DNA of 64,000 nt from Candidatus Woesearchaeota archaeon (GTDB lineage: Archaea > Nanobdellota > Nanobdellia > Woesearchaeales > JABGUJ01). This document shows positions 51,186-60,290 of the stretch, piece by piece (positions within the stretch are counted from its first letter, which is position 1; each line of letters starts with the position of its first letter). A program made the position numbers and the translations under genes. Location of the stretch: the NCBI GenBank assembly GCA_018646625.1, contig JABGUJ010000001.1, positions 193,534 to 257,533 on the forward strand. Direction: 5' to 3'. A model generated the notes under the pieces. It saw only the letters and a program-made list of their open reading frames with translations. It was not told the DNA's origin and searched no databases.

Positions 51186-51980
51186 CTACTTCTTTATCCT
51201 CTTCAAAACATATCTTATATCTGAGGGTTTATAACCTTTTTTAACCAGATATTGTAAAATTCGATCATTATCGTACCTATATCGCTTAAGATTCGCAACC
51301 TCTTTTCTGATTAAATTAAGCATACCTTCATCCTTAGATGATGTAAAATGAACCACTAAAATAACAAAGATAATTACAAACACAAATATTATAGGAAACA
51401 ACGCAACATCTAATAACTCAAGTATCTCATCATCAGAACTATCGTCCAAACTATAATCTGAAGGATAATAAGAGTAGTTCTCACCAACCACATCATCACT
51501 TACTGTTTTCTCCAAATCAGGCATAACTTTCTCAATTTCATCTCTTCTTTTTTCTTGAAGATCCGCCTCAACAGGTTGCACAACACAGCTACCGTTCATA
51601 CAACAATAACTACTCGCATCATCAGTATAAATCCACTTACCCGTACAATGTTGAAAAATGTCACAAATCTCCCCACCCAATTCTCTACAAAACGTATTGA
51701 AAGTTATATTGATCAAAGGTTCTTCACCCTCCAATAAAGTGCCATTGTAAAAAGTTTCATAATCTGCCTCATACATACATCCAAGAACATCAACGCAACA
51801 ATAACCACCATCAAATTCCACTTCGAGCCCATCACATACGGAAACCTCATCACAGATCTCGCCATAAACTTCATCATTAGCAATAAAGACCGGACCACAA
51901 GGAACGTTCTCTGCAAATACAAATAAAGATAAAACTAAAGAAAACAAACAACCACAAACCAAAATAATGTACCATTTCAT
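51186..51980 (-). CDS. Single-pass membrane protein, Cys-rich acidic ectodomain (paralog of 53750..54529)
   Basis: Signal peptide; FCRELGGEICDIFQHCTGKWIYTDD..YCCMNGSC; TM; basic tail. Confidence 0.8.
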   Translation of the reverse strand: MKWYIILVCGCLFSLVLSLFVFAENVPCGPVFIANDEVYGEICDEVSVCDGLEVEFDGGYCCVDVLGCMYEADYETFYNGTLLEGEEPLINITFNTFCRELGGEICDIFQHCTGKWIYTDDASSYCCMNGSCVVQPVEADLQEKRRDEIEKVMPDLEKTVSDDVVGENYSYYPSDYSLDDSSDDEILELLDVALFPIIFVFVIIFVILVVHFTSSKDEGMLNLIRKEVANLKRYRYDNDRILQYLVKKGYKPSDIRYVLKRIKK

Positions 51981-51981
51981 A

Positions 51982-53763
51982 TTAATCAAATAAACTCATC
52001 CGACAGTCTTCACTGGTAGGATCATCTAAACACACACATTCCGGCTCATAAGGATAGTCATTGCAAAACTCATAAAGACCAATATCGTCGGAGTCATCAA
52101 ATTCCTCAAATAACGATTTATAAGACACGCCAGAGTTTCTGGTATTCATAGAATCACCTCTTGCCTCTCCCGCGGCAACACATGCAGGTATAACTCTATA
52201 AACATATTTCCAAGAATCTCCTTTAACTAGTTTTGCACGCCCAGATTGACTACAATAATACCTAGTATCAATATATTTTGGAAAAGTCCCTTTACAAATA
52301 GCGTCTTCCTTATTCATACACCCATAATCTAACGCACGAAATGATGTATTCTTTTTATTTACGGGAGTGCCAACAATATTGATGTGAGATGTACCCCCAT
52401 AACAAGGCCCGGCCTTACCACTATAACACTTCCCAAAACATCTCTTTTTAACACATTGCTTTCCTTTACAAACAGGATTATCGGCAGGCATCGCTCTACA
52501 CTTCGCCCTACAAGCATAACAAGCAGATGACTCGGTGCATTTTCCTTTAGCATTTGAATTTGTCCCAGCAACATCATTTGGACCGCTAAACTTCACACCA
52601 GGTGCCACATAATAAACAATATCGCCTGGCAACAAATTATTGGTTTTAAACTGAGCATTCTTATAACTTAATGAAGGATGATTCCAAGAATTAAGCTTGA
52701 TCCAGCGATATTCTGTAGCTAATGAATTAGGATCTCGAGTATACATCTGCGACACAACTTTGCCTCTTCTTTTTTTCTCCTTAAGGCCAAGAGGCCAATT
52801 AACTCTCAACCCATATTTTTTTTCAGCTACAAAGAAAACATTCCAAACATATGTACCGCAACACATTCCTCCCCCTTTGGTTTTGGGATCTGTGAAAGAA
52901 TTGGCCGCAATACCCAAAGTACAACCCGCATAATCGATCCCACAACAAGAGGTTTTACTACAAGATCCAAACGAAGAAATGCCATCATCCAGATTGTGTT
53001 TTAATTTAAGATCATCAGGAATCGCATCAAATTGATCATAACCCTCACAATCAGGATCACAAATATCTGGCCAATAATTATCTTTAGCATACCAATCATA
53101 ATTCCATCCTGCACGAGCAATATCGGCTGCAGCAATCTCAAGCTTCTTTACTTCCTTAATACATTCCTCAAGATAAGCAGGATACAACTCAGCATCACCA
53201 ACTCCACCGTCGCCAGTACCCAACACAACATCAAAAGGCATATCTGCACTCATCACATCTAATTCAATTGAATCTTTCGCATTACCTTTAATAGATAAAA
53301 TCTCAGACGTCTCTTGCTGAACTCCAATATAATAATTATTTTGCTGAAAAACCGCTGCAGGATAACTCTCAAGATATTGATTCAGATGTAAATTTACAAA
53401 AGGAGTTAACTCAGAATCCAATGCAACCGGAAATGCATGCTCCCCCGCATCATACCACACCGGCAAACCCGAATAAAGGCCTAATGGAGATCCCTCGACA
53501 TATCCTCCGTTTTCTGCTAAATCAGATAAGGCATTATATGCCGCAAACTCTGCAGCCAGATCAAGATAAAATAAATGTGTATCTGCCCTCACAGCACCAA
53601 CTTGAGCTCGCAAAGCATCACTACCAATAATATAATCTTCACCCTGTATGGTACTTATCTTTGACGCTTTCATCAACAAAACATAAGCAGTAGACAAAGC
53701 TAAGATTGTTAGCACCACTACCGCCAACATAAAATATATTGTTCCTTTCTTATTTCTTAACAT
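51982..53763 (-). CDS. Pilin-like (class III signal) protein with NlpC/P60-like C-terminal domain, copy 2
   Basis: MLRNKKG|TIYFMLAVVVL (start 53763); CCGTYVW, LLPGDIVYY, SHINIV. Confidence 0.72.
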   Translation of the reverse strand: MLRNKKGTIYFMLAVVVLTILALSTAYVLLMKASKISTIQGEDYIIGSDALRAQVGAVRADTHLFYLDLAAEFAAYNALSDLAENGGYVEGSPLGLYSGLPVWYDAGEHAFPVALDSELTPFVNLHLNQYLESYPAAVFQQNNYYIGVQQETSEILSIKGNAKDSIELDVMSADMPFDVVLGTGDGGVGDAELYPAYLEECIKEVKKLEIAAADIARAGWNYDWYAKDNYWPDICDPDCEGYDQFDAIPDDLKLKHNLDDGISSFGSCSKTSCCGIDYAGCTLGIAANSFTDPKTKGGGMCCGTYVWNVFFVAEKKYGLRVNWPLGLKEKKRRGKVVSQMYTRDPNSLATEYRWIKLNSWNHPSLSYKNAQFKTNNLLPGDIVYYVAPGVKFSGPNDVAGTNSNAKGKCTESSACYACRAKCRAMPADNPVCKGKQCVKKRCFGKCYSGKAGPCYGGTSHINIVGTPVNKKNTSFRALDYGCMNKEDAICKGTFPKYIDTRYYCSQSGRAKLVKGDSWKYVYRVIPACVAAGEARGDSMNTRNSGVSYKSLFEEFDDSDDIGLYEFCNDYPYEPECVCLDDPTSEDCRMSLFD

Positions 53764-54529
53764 CTTTACCAAGCACCTTATCAACATGTTTAGGATGATG
53801 ACCTTCTTTAAGTAAATAATATCTAACATGATGATGAGGATAACCTAATTTTTTCAAATGATGCGCGCGTTCTCGAACAATGTTTAATTTTCTAGAATCA
53901 CCATTAAAAAATAAAAATAGAGCTAACAAAATAAAAACTGTCAAGAACAAAAACACAACTGGATAAACTAAAATCTGCCAAACAGTATCAAATCTGGATT
54001 TAGAAACATCCGAATCATTTATAGAAACTCTAAAATCAAAATACTCTTTTTCAGAGTCTTCTTCGAGATCAACAGTTTCCTCTTTATCCAGATCATACAT
54101 AACTGCATCAAACTCATCAGAATAAGTATCAATGCAACTACCATTCAGACAACATAATCCTCCCGAATCATCAGTATAAATCCACTCACCACTACACTCT
54201 TGAAACACGGTACAAATCTCACCACCCTCCTCTCTACAAAAAGAATCATATAATTGAATTTCTTCATCAACACCATCATTAATGAACCTAACATTAAGGT
54301 AATTATCAAAATCTAATTCAGTCATACATCCAGGGGGGGAGAAACAACAATAATCTTCACCAATCCACGCACCGTCTCCAACACAAACCTCACTATCATC
54401 ACACAGTTCACCAAACTCATCAGCACCATCAATAATTATAGGACCGCATTGAAGAGTGTCTGCAATAACTTGCAAAGACAAAAGTAATAAAATAACAGAA
54501 CAGAACAAAAAAAAAGTTGATCTTTTCAT
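53750..54529 (-). CDS. Single-pass membrane protein, Cys-rich acidic ectodomain
   Basis: Signal peptide; FCREEGGEICTVFQECSGEWIYTDD..LCCLNGSC; TM; basic tail. Confidence 0.8.
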   Translation of the reverse strand: MKRSTFFLFCSVILLLLSLQVIADTLQCGPIIIDGADEFGELCDDSEVCVGDGAWIGEDYCCFSPPGCMTELDFDNYLNVRFINDGVDEEIQLYDSFCREEGGEICTVFQECSGEWIYTDDSGGLCCLNGSCIDTYSDEFDAVMYDLDKEETVDLEEDSEKEYFDFRVSINDSDVSKSRFDTVWQILVYPVVFLFLTVFILLALFLFFNGDSRKLNIVRERAHHLKKLGYPHHHVRYYLLKEGHHPKHVDKVLGKDVKK

Positions 54530-56098
54530 TTATGCCAAAGTCACCCCTTTGTTATATACTCTGTCACCCTCAAGATCCGCCAAACCAGCTTTAGTAGCAG
54601 AAATACATTCTGGAATGTTCCTTACAGTGTAAATCCAAGTTTCACCCGCTTTAATTGGGGGGGCAGGATTCTCAAAAATCAAAGGATCTTCTCTACCCTT
54701 ACAATACTCATGCTCCTCGAGAAATTTAGGATAATGCCACTTACCCCACTTACAATAACCGTTTGGATGATTCTTACAAGAAATATCTAAAATATGAAAT
54801 GAATCGCCTTTAGCTGTTGGCAGACCAACAATATTAATATGAGAAGAACCACCTAAACACATCTTAGTCTTATCGGGAAGTTTTTTATTCTGACATTTTT
54901 TATAACAAGAGGCCCTCTTTTTTTTCTGGGCCTTCCTCTGTTTCTCAGTTCCCTCATCTGGAAAACTATTCCAACAATCATCATAACAAGCAATACAAAC
55001 TTTTTTCTCAGGACATTTTCCTTTTGGATTCATATTCATCCGCTTTTCTGGTTTATAACCATGAAACTTGAAGTATATTAAATCGCCAGGCATTATCTGA
55101 TCTGGTTTGAAATTTCCAACAGTATAATATGCATCTCTTTGATTCCAGTGATCCATGTTTATCTTCAAAAACTCAGTTTTAACATTTTTTGCAAAAGGAT
55201 CATATGTTCTCCTGTGTTTACCATCCCTAGATGGAGCATCTGCAGTCCAGTCAACCTTCAGACCATATTTATTAATTGCAACATCGAAAACAGTCCAAAC
55301 ATAAGCACCACAACAACCACCAGGACAAGGAGATCCTGGAATACCAACACAGCAATGAGAATCATCAATTGAACAACAAGTATTAGCAGAAGTAGGATTA
55401 CAAACATCATTGACAGGGGGAGCTTTCTTACAATCACCTATTTTATTCAAATCCAACGCTGCCTGCTCTAACTTCGCCACCTCTCGTAAACAAGGTTGCA
55501 ATTCAGGAGGAACTTTACTCCAATCCACTTCTATGTTAACAAGAGGACCTGTACCAAATATAGCATTACCAGGTACGTCAGAACTCATAACCTGTATCTC
55601 AACAGGCTCCTTTGCGTTACCTTTAACAGAAACAAAACCACCCTCATCCTGTTCAACACCCATATTGTAATTATCTAACTTAAATTCCATTGCCGGATAA
55701 TTTTTCAAATATTTATCTAAATGTAAATTCATAAAAGGCCCTAACTCGGCATCAACCGCAGTTGGAAAACCGGTTTCTCCTTTGTAATACCAAAGAGGTA
55801 AACCATTTACAAAACCCAACGGAGCAGAAGTAATAAATCCCCCATTTTTTGCCAGATCAGATAAAGCATTATGTGCAGCAAACTTAGCAGCCAGATCAAG
55901 ATAAAACAAATGAGAATCTGCTTTAACGGCGCCAGTCTGTATTCTCAATGCATCACTTCCAATCACATAATCTTGACCTTGAATATCATATATCTGAATA
56001 GAATTTTTCAATAAAACATAAGCAGTCGACAGAGCTAAGATTGTTAACACTACTACCGCCAACATAAAATATATTGTTCCCTTCTTACCCCTAATCAT
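54530..56098 (-). CDS. Pilin-like (class III signal) protein with NlpC/P60-like C-terminal domain, copy 1
   Basis: MIRGKKG|TIYFMLAVVVL; CCGAYVW, IMPGDLIYF, SHINIV. Confidence 0.72.
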   Translation of the reverse strand: MIRGKKGTIYFMLAVVVLTILALSTAYVLLKNSIQIYDIQGQDYVIGSDALRIQTGAVKADSHLFYLDLAAKFAAHNALSDLAKNGGFITSAPLGFVNGLPLWYYKGETGFPTAVDAELGPFMNLHLDKYLKNYPAMEFKLDNYNMGVEQDEGGFVSVKGNAKEPVEIQVMSSDVPGNAIFGTGPLVNIEVDWSKVPPELQPCLREVAKLEQAALDLNKIGDCKKAPPVNDVCNPTSANTCCSIDDSHCCVGIPGSPCPGGCCGAYVWTVFDVAINKYGLKVDWTADAPSRDGKHRRTYDPFAKNVKTEFLKINMDHWNQRDAYYTVGNFKPDQIMPGDLIYFKFHGYKPEKRMNMNPKGKCPEKKVCIACYDDCWNSFPDEGTEKQRKAQKKKRASCYKKCQNKKLPDKTKMCLGGSSHINIVGLPTAKGDSFHILDISCKNHPNGYCKWGKWHYPKFLEEHEYCKGREDPLIFENPAPPIKAGETWIYTVRNIPECISATKAGLADLEGDRVYNKGVTLA

Positions 56099-56931
56099 TT
56101 GTTCAAACGAGATAACGCACCGTCTATATACCTATTTTTGAATCCTTCTTTACGCAGATAATCTTTAATCTGCGAATCAGTATACTTGTACTTTCTAAGA
56201 TACTCGGCTCTTTGAGTAACAATAACTAATTCATGAGTATCTAAATGAACATATTCGTAGATTAATACCGCAATAAAAATACAAACTACAAAAGTCATCA
56301 AAAATATTTTCCAATCTACTTCTGGTTCAGAATCTCGCAAATAAACGGGATCAATACCAAGATCATATTCTATATCTAATGGATCAACATTTTGAACAAA
56401 CTTCTCTTCAACAAAACAATCCTCATCACCATATTTACAGTTAGGATCGCACACGCCATCTTTAGCTAAATCACAAAAACCATCATCTGTGCCTGATTTA
56501 CAGTCCTCGCAAACAAGATAAGTCTCGGCATTCTCACACATAAGATCAAAACAACCCTCACAAACTCCGTTATGATTACAGAAAGAAAGATCATGTTCAA
56601 ACTGCGGATTGGTATCTTTAAAAACTCTCATCTTAACAGAATCTTGAGGTAATCTATCAAAACGAAAAAAGGTTTTTGTCTTACTCATTGGAACAGAATA
56701 TAGCTCGGTGTTGTTATTATCAAAAAAAGACAAAGTCAAGTTATCCGAGGATTCCATATCCTCTAAAAGAAAACTAAGATAATCCTCAGTATCTGGGACG
56801 ACATAAACTTCCTCCAACACCAAGCCAAACTCATCATTAAAAAAGAATACAGAGTAAAGCTCTCCCGAGAAAGCAAAAGCTGATGAAATCAAAAGCAAAA
56901 ACAAAATCACCCATAATAATACTCTTTTCAT
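56095..56931 (-). CDS. Single-pass membrane protein with Cys-rich ectodomain
   Basis: Start MKRVLLW at 56931 (TGATG overlap); CNHNGVCE...CEDC...DGFCD...DGVCDPNC; TM; basic tail. Confidence 0.8.
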   Translation of the reverse strand: MKRVLLWVILFLLLISSAFAFSGELYSVFFFNDEFGLVLEEVYVVPDTEDYLSFLLEDMESSDNLTLSFFDNNNTELYSVPMSKTKTFFRFDRLPQDSVKMRVFKDTNPQFEHDLSFCNHNGVCEGCFDLMCENAETYLVCEDCKSGTDDGFCDLAKDGVCDPNCKYGDEDCFVEEKFVQNVDPLDIEYDLGIDPVYLRDSEPEVDWKIFLMTFVVCIFIAVLIYEYVHLDTHELVIVTQRAEYLRKYKYTDSQIKDYLRKEGFKNRYIDGALSRLNK

Positions 56932-58316
56932 CAAACCACCACATACTCCGAAACCGCAGTACCAATATAATTTGGAGATAAAACGGTCCTTATTCCCTGC
57001 ACACGACAACCAACACCTGGATCATGCACTAGAATATACCCTTCTGTACTCACTCCAGTAACAATCATAAAATGACCTGGAGTACGCTTACTAGAATACC
57101 GCTCTAACGGAAAAGTCTTCCCCTCTTCCCTTATCAGAACTATAACAGACCTACCGTCTGCAAACGAACTTACAATATCTGCATGAGAAATAACCGAACT
57201 TACCTTTGAATCAGCGATTCCAAAACTATTTGCAACATTTTTTATTCTACTGGACGATCCTCCTCCCCGCCCACTACCATCAATAGTATAAACTCTTTGA
57301 TCATTAGATCCACAAAACAACTGTTCAGATAAAGAAACACTATCCTTCTCAAAATTAGACAATGCCATCCTCATGGCCGCAACAGCACACGCAGATTTAC
57401 AATAACTCTCACCTACAGAAGAACCAGAAGGCCTTTCAGGATTTGGAACTTGATCGTGCCAACAGTCATCTCCGGCCGGACCCATATCAGCCGCACAACA
57501 TTGCCTAACCACGCCAATCTTCTCATTATACTTTGTCCCAATAGGACATTTAGCTTGACAGCACCGTGTACCAGAATTCACACACACATCATACTCACCA
57601 GGATATATGGTTGCTAAATATTGCTTATTCTCGCGACAATAACTACACATAACAGTATCGGGAACATCTTTGATACTCGCAGCTAAATTCAGACTTTCCA
57701 AATCAATGGTAATCCCCCCACTCGAATCTATGCCTCCCGCGCCAGTTGACTGGGGCTTGTCCTTAAAATCAATCCAAGAAAAACGAAAAGTCACATGAAC
57801 GGGCGTAGTAGGATCCATCTGAGGAAGATAATACTCATAATCAAAACTTTTTCTTGGAAGATTTGTAATTATAGCACGAAAATGAGCAGGAGATATTGTT
57901 TTTCCACTAGCAATATTTTCCTCATTCTTATACTCCAAGACTTCTCGATCATCAATAGCGATTGTAAAAGTAGCCAAAGCATGACGACGATCCGGAGACA
58001 ATCCAAAGAAATTATTGGCAAGATACTCATACTCCTTTACTACATCACCATCGACTCTTAACTTAACATCAGCCATTGCTTCAGCAACAGTTATGTAGCC
58101 TTTTTGCGTTGTGAAAATGGGAGACTTAAGAAATGAAGCAGTAGACATGTAGGAATAAGAATCAACAAAAGACTGTGATGCTGCGTTACTCGGATCATCT
58201 GGACCACTATATTTGAATATTAACATAAACACAACGATAACCATCACAAATAAGATAACGGCAAATATATCTAATGCGGCTGCAGAAATCGCACCGGCCC
58301 TACCTAACCTATTCAT
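56931..58316 (-). CDS. Pilin-like protein with C39-like cysteine peptidase domain
   Basis: MNRLGRAG followed by a hydrophobic helix; SACAVAAMRMAL, GHFMIVTG, ILVHDPG. Confidence 0.75.
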   Translation of the reverse strand: MNRLGRAGAISAAALDIFAVILFVMVIVVFMLIFKYSGPDDPSNAASQSFVDSYSYMSTASFLKSPIFTTQKGYITVAEAMADVKLRVDGDVVKEYEYLANNFFGLSPDRRHALATFTIAIDDREVLEYKNEENIASGKTISPAHFRAIITNLPRKSFDYEYYLPQMDPTTPVHVTFRFSWIDFKDKPQSTGAGGIDSSGGITIDLESLNLAASIKDVPDTVMCSYCRENKQYLATIYPGEYDVCVNSGTRCCQAKCPIGTKYNEKIGVVRQCCAADMGPAGDDCWHDQVPNPERPSGSSVGESYCKSACAVAAMRMALSNFEKDSVSLSEQLFCGSNDQRVYTIDGSGRGGGSSSRIKNVANSFGIADSKVSSVISHADIVSSFADGRSVIVLIREEGKTFPLERYSSKRTPGHFMIVTGVSTEGYILVHDPGVGCRVQGIRTVLSPNYIGTAVSEYVVV

Positions 58317-58836
58317 TAGGCAACACCACCGTTATATTTAATTTGGCAGGAATATCTACACCCTGTTCTCTATAAATCACATTAAAAAATCGTTCAATCT
58401 TTGCAGCACCACCCTCTTTCTTAGCACCCGTATCGGCTCTAAAAGCCCAACGATCATACCACACAGGATTATACATCAAAGTTTTAACAGCACCAGGAGC
58501 ATATGGTTTCTTCATTGGCGCAATAACAAACTTTGCAGCAATATATTTATTCTCGTCACCATAATTCATCCCTCTATTAAGATGAGAAACACTAAATCTA
58601 TTAGCATCTATCACTCCAGTCACAACTCGATTAAGAGTAGAATCATAATAACACAAACCACCTGGCGATTGCAAAACTCGATTAATGAAAAGAGTTGCTT
58701 CCAGCTCTTGCGTTTTAACATCTTTAATCGCATAAACTTTTATTAAAAGGACAATAGATGTAACTACGAGTATAAGGTAGATAATTCTCAATATCCACAT
58801 CATGTAGACAAACGTTTGACCTTTTTTACCTAGCAT
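58309..58836 (-). CDS. Pilin-like protein (class III signal peptide)
   Basis: MLGKKG|QTFVYMMWIL followed by a hydrophobic helix. Confidence 0.75.
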   Translation of the reverse strand: MLGKKGQTFVYMMWILRIIYLILVVTSIVLLIKVYAIKDVKTQELEATLFINRVLQSPGGLCYYDSTLNRVVTGVIDANRFSVSHLNRGMNYGDENKYIAAKFVIAPMKKPYAPGAVKTLMYNPVWYDRWAFRADTGAKKEGGAAKIERFFNVIYREQGVDIPAKLNITVVLPNE

Positions 58837-58842
58837 TTAGTC

Positions 58843-60240
58843 TCACTTACCTTTACAACAAATATTATCTCCAACACACATTATTTTACTCTTAAGTTGA
58901 TCTTGTAAATCATCAGAACATTCTGTTTCAACACGACAAAAGAAGTTATCAGATTCAGAACCATCGTTGCCGTTGTTTTCAGATTCACAAAGAGTGACCT
59001 TTTGCAAACAGCAGAAAGAATTCTCATCTGCGCATTTAAAATTGGGATCTAATCCACCAAATGCATCACATCCTAACAACGGAGGTGTAGGTGCAACACC
59101 TCGACCTAAAGACAAAGATTTACACCTTTCAACTTCACAAACAGGTTTAGGCAATTCTGCAGTTCCCTCTGTAAAGAACTTTTCTATGCCCCCATAAATC
59201 GCTGGAGCTAACTTATTTACATTAATAGTAATACTATTAGTCTCATCATAATAAACAACAATCGCAACACTCACTGCCTCGGCCCTATCCCAAATAGAAA
59301 TTAATTTATCTGACGTCTCTTGAGTTGCAAAACCTAAAGGAGGCTTTGCATGTATAGGATGTACCTTAAAATCAAAACCAACATCGAGAAAGTTTACAGA
59401 TTCTTCCAGTAAATTATTAGATAGAGATTTTGCAAGCCTGCTAGCCATCAATGTAATTTTAGGAGTTTTACCAGAATGATAAATCTCAATTCTGGGATCG
59501 GCACTTGTCTCAACAAAGGATAATCCAATATAAGGAGCATTAATACTTATTTGCTGAGCACAATCTTTTGAACAATCATAAAAAAAGATGTTGCTTGTTG
59601 CACTCTTGGACTGAAACTGTGAATATAAATCTAAGAAAAGCAAATACTCCTTACTGATCTGCACATTTGGCGAAGTACTTTTCAAAAATAAAGGAGTTAA
59701 CATCATATTATACATCGCAAGCAACGAGATCTCGGGATCTTGCTCATCAGTGGGTGTTAGATAAGGAACATACTGTATCGATTTCTGAATTTCCATTAAA
59801 GGTGCCAGCACCCCAACAGTAACTTGATTGCCTTGTTTAGAAAAAGAAATTGGTTGTTTAAAATCCCTATCAACTAAAGACAATGGATTAATAGAAAGGT
59901 CGTGAGGATATCTATAAACATACTTATAATCATCTAAATCCTTGTACATCATAACTTTAGGAGAGAAAATACTAAGCGTTAATGGAATTTCTTTTCCGGC
60001 AGGAGAATAATAAAAATCAATATCGCCAGGCAATCCTTCTACCGCTTCTAAAGTATAAGCCAAATCCCTTGCAAAAAATCTTTTATGATAAGCTAAATCA
60101 CTTGACTCATAAACAACATAATTAAAAATAGCCGAACCTACCGCAACAACAAGAAAAAGCTCCATAATTACTAACCATAATTCATCAGTAACTCCAGCTT
60201 TCTTACTAGAGAAAATCATCAGTCTACCCCTTTTTCCCAT
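58843..60240 (-). CDS. Pilin-like protein with possible degenerate Amidase_3-like domain and Cys-rich tail
   Basis: SKKAG|VTDELWLVI; IEIYH...SRLAKSL and LAPAIYGGIEKFF; C...CC modules. Alternative start at 60219. Confidence 0.65.
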   Translation of the reverse strand: MGKRGRLMIFSSKKAGVTDELWLVIMELFLVVAVGSAIFNYVVYESSDLAYHKRFFARDLAYTLEAVEGLPGDIDFYYSPAGKEIPLTLSIFSPKVMMYKDLDDYKYVYRYPHDLSINPLSLVDRDFKQPISFSKQGNQVTVGVLAPLMEIQKSIQYVPYLTPTDEQDPEISLLAMYNMMLTPLFLKSTSPNVQISKEYLLFLDLYSQFQSKSATSNIFFYDCSKDCAQQISINAPYIGLSFVETSADPRIEIYHSGKTPKITLMASRLAKSLSNNLLEESVNFLDVGFDFKVHPIHAKPPLGFATQETSDKLISIWDRAEAVSVAIVVYYDETNSITINVNKLAPAIYGGIEKFFTEGTAELPKPVCEVERCKSLSLGRGVAPTPPLLGCDAFGGLDPNFKCADENSFCCLQKVTLCESENNGNDGSESDNFFCRVETECSDDLQDQLKSKIMCVGDNICCKGK

Positions 60241-60290
60241 AGTCTATTTATAAACAAGTCCATTTATAAATCTTTTCTGTGAAAAGCAGT

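Noticed and set aside
53764..53829. N-terminal extensions in the ORF track (also 56932-57009, 62712-62747, 46231-46266, 28741-28785, 3909-3956)
   Set aside because: They overlap neighbouring genes; downstream ATGs give proper signal peptides, SD spacing or stop-start coupling
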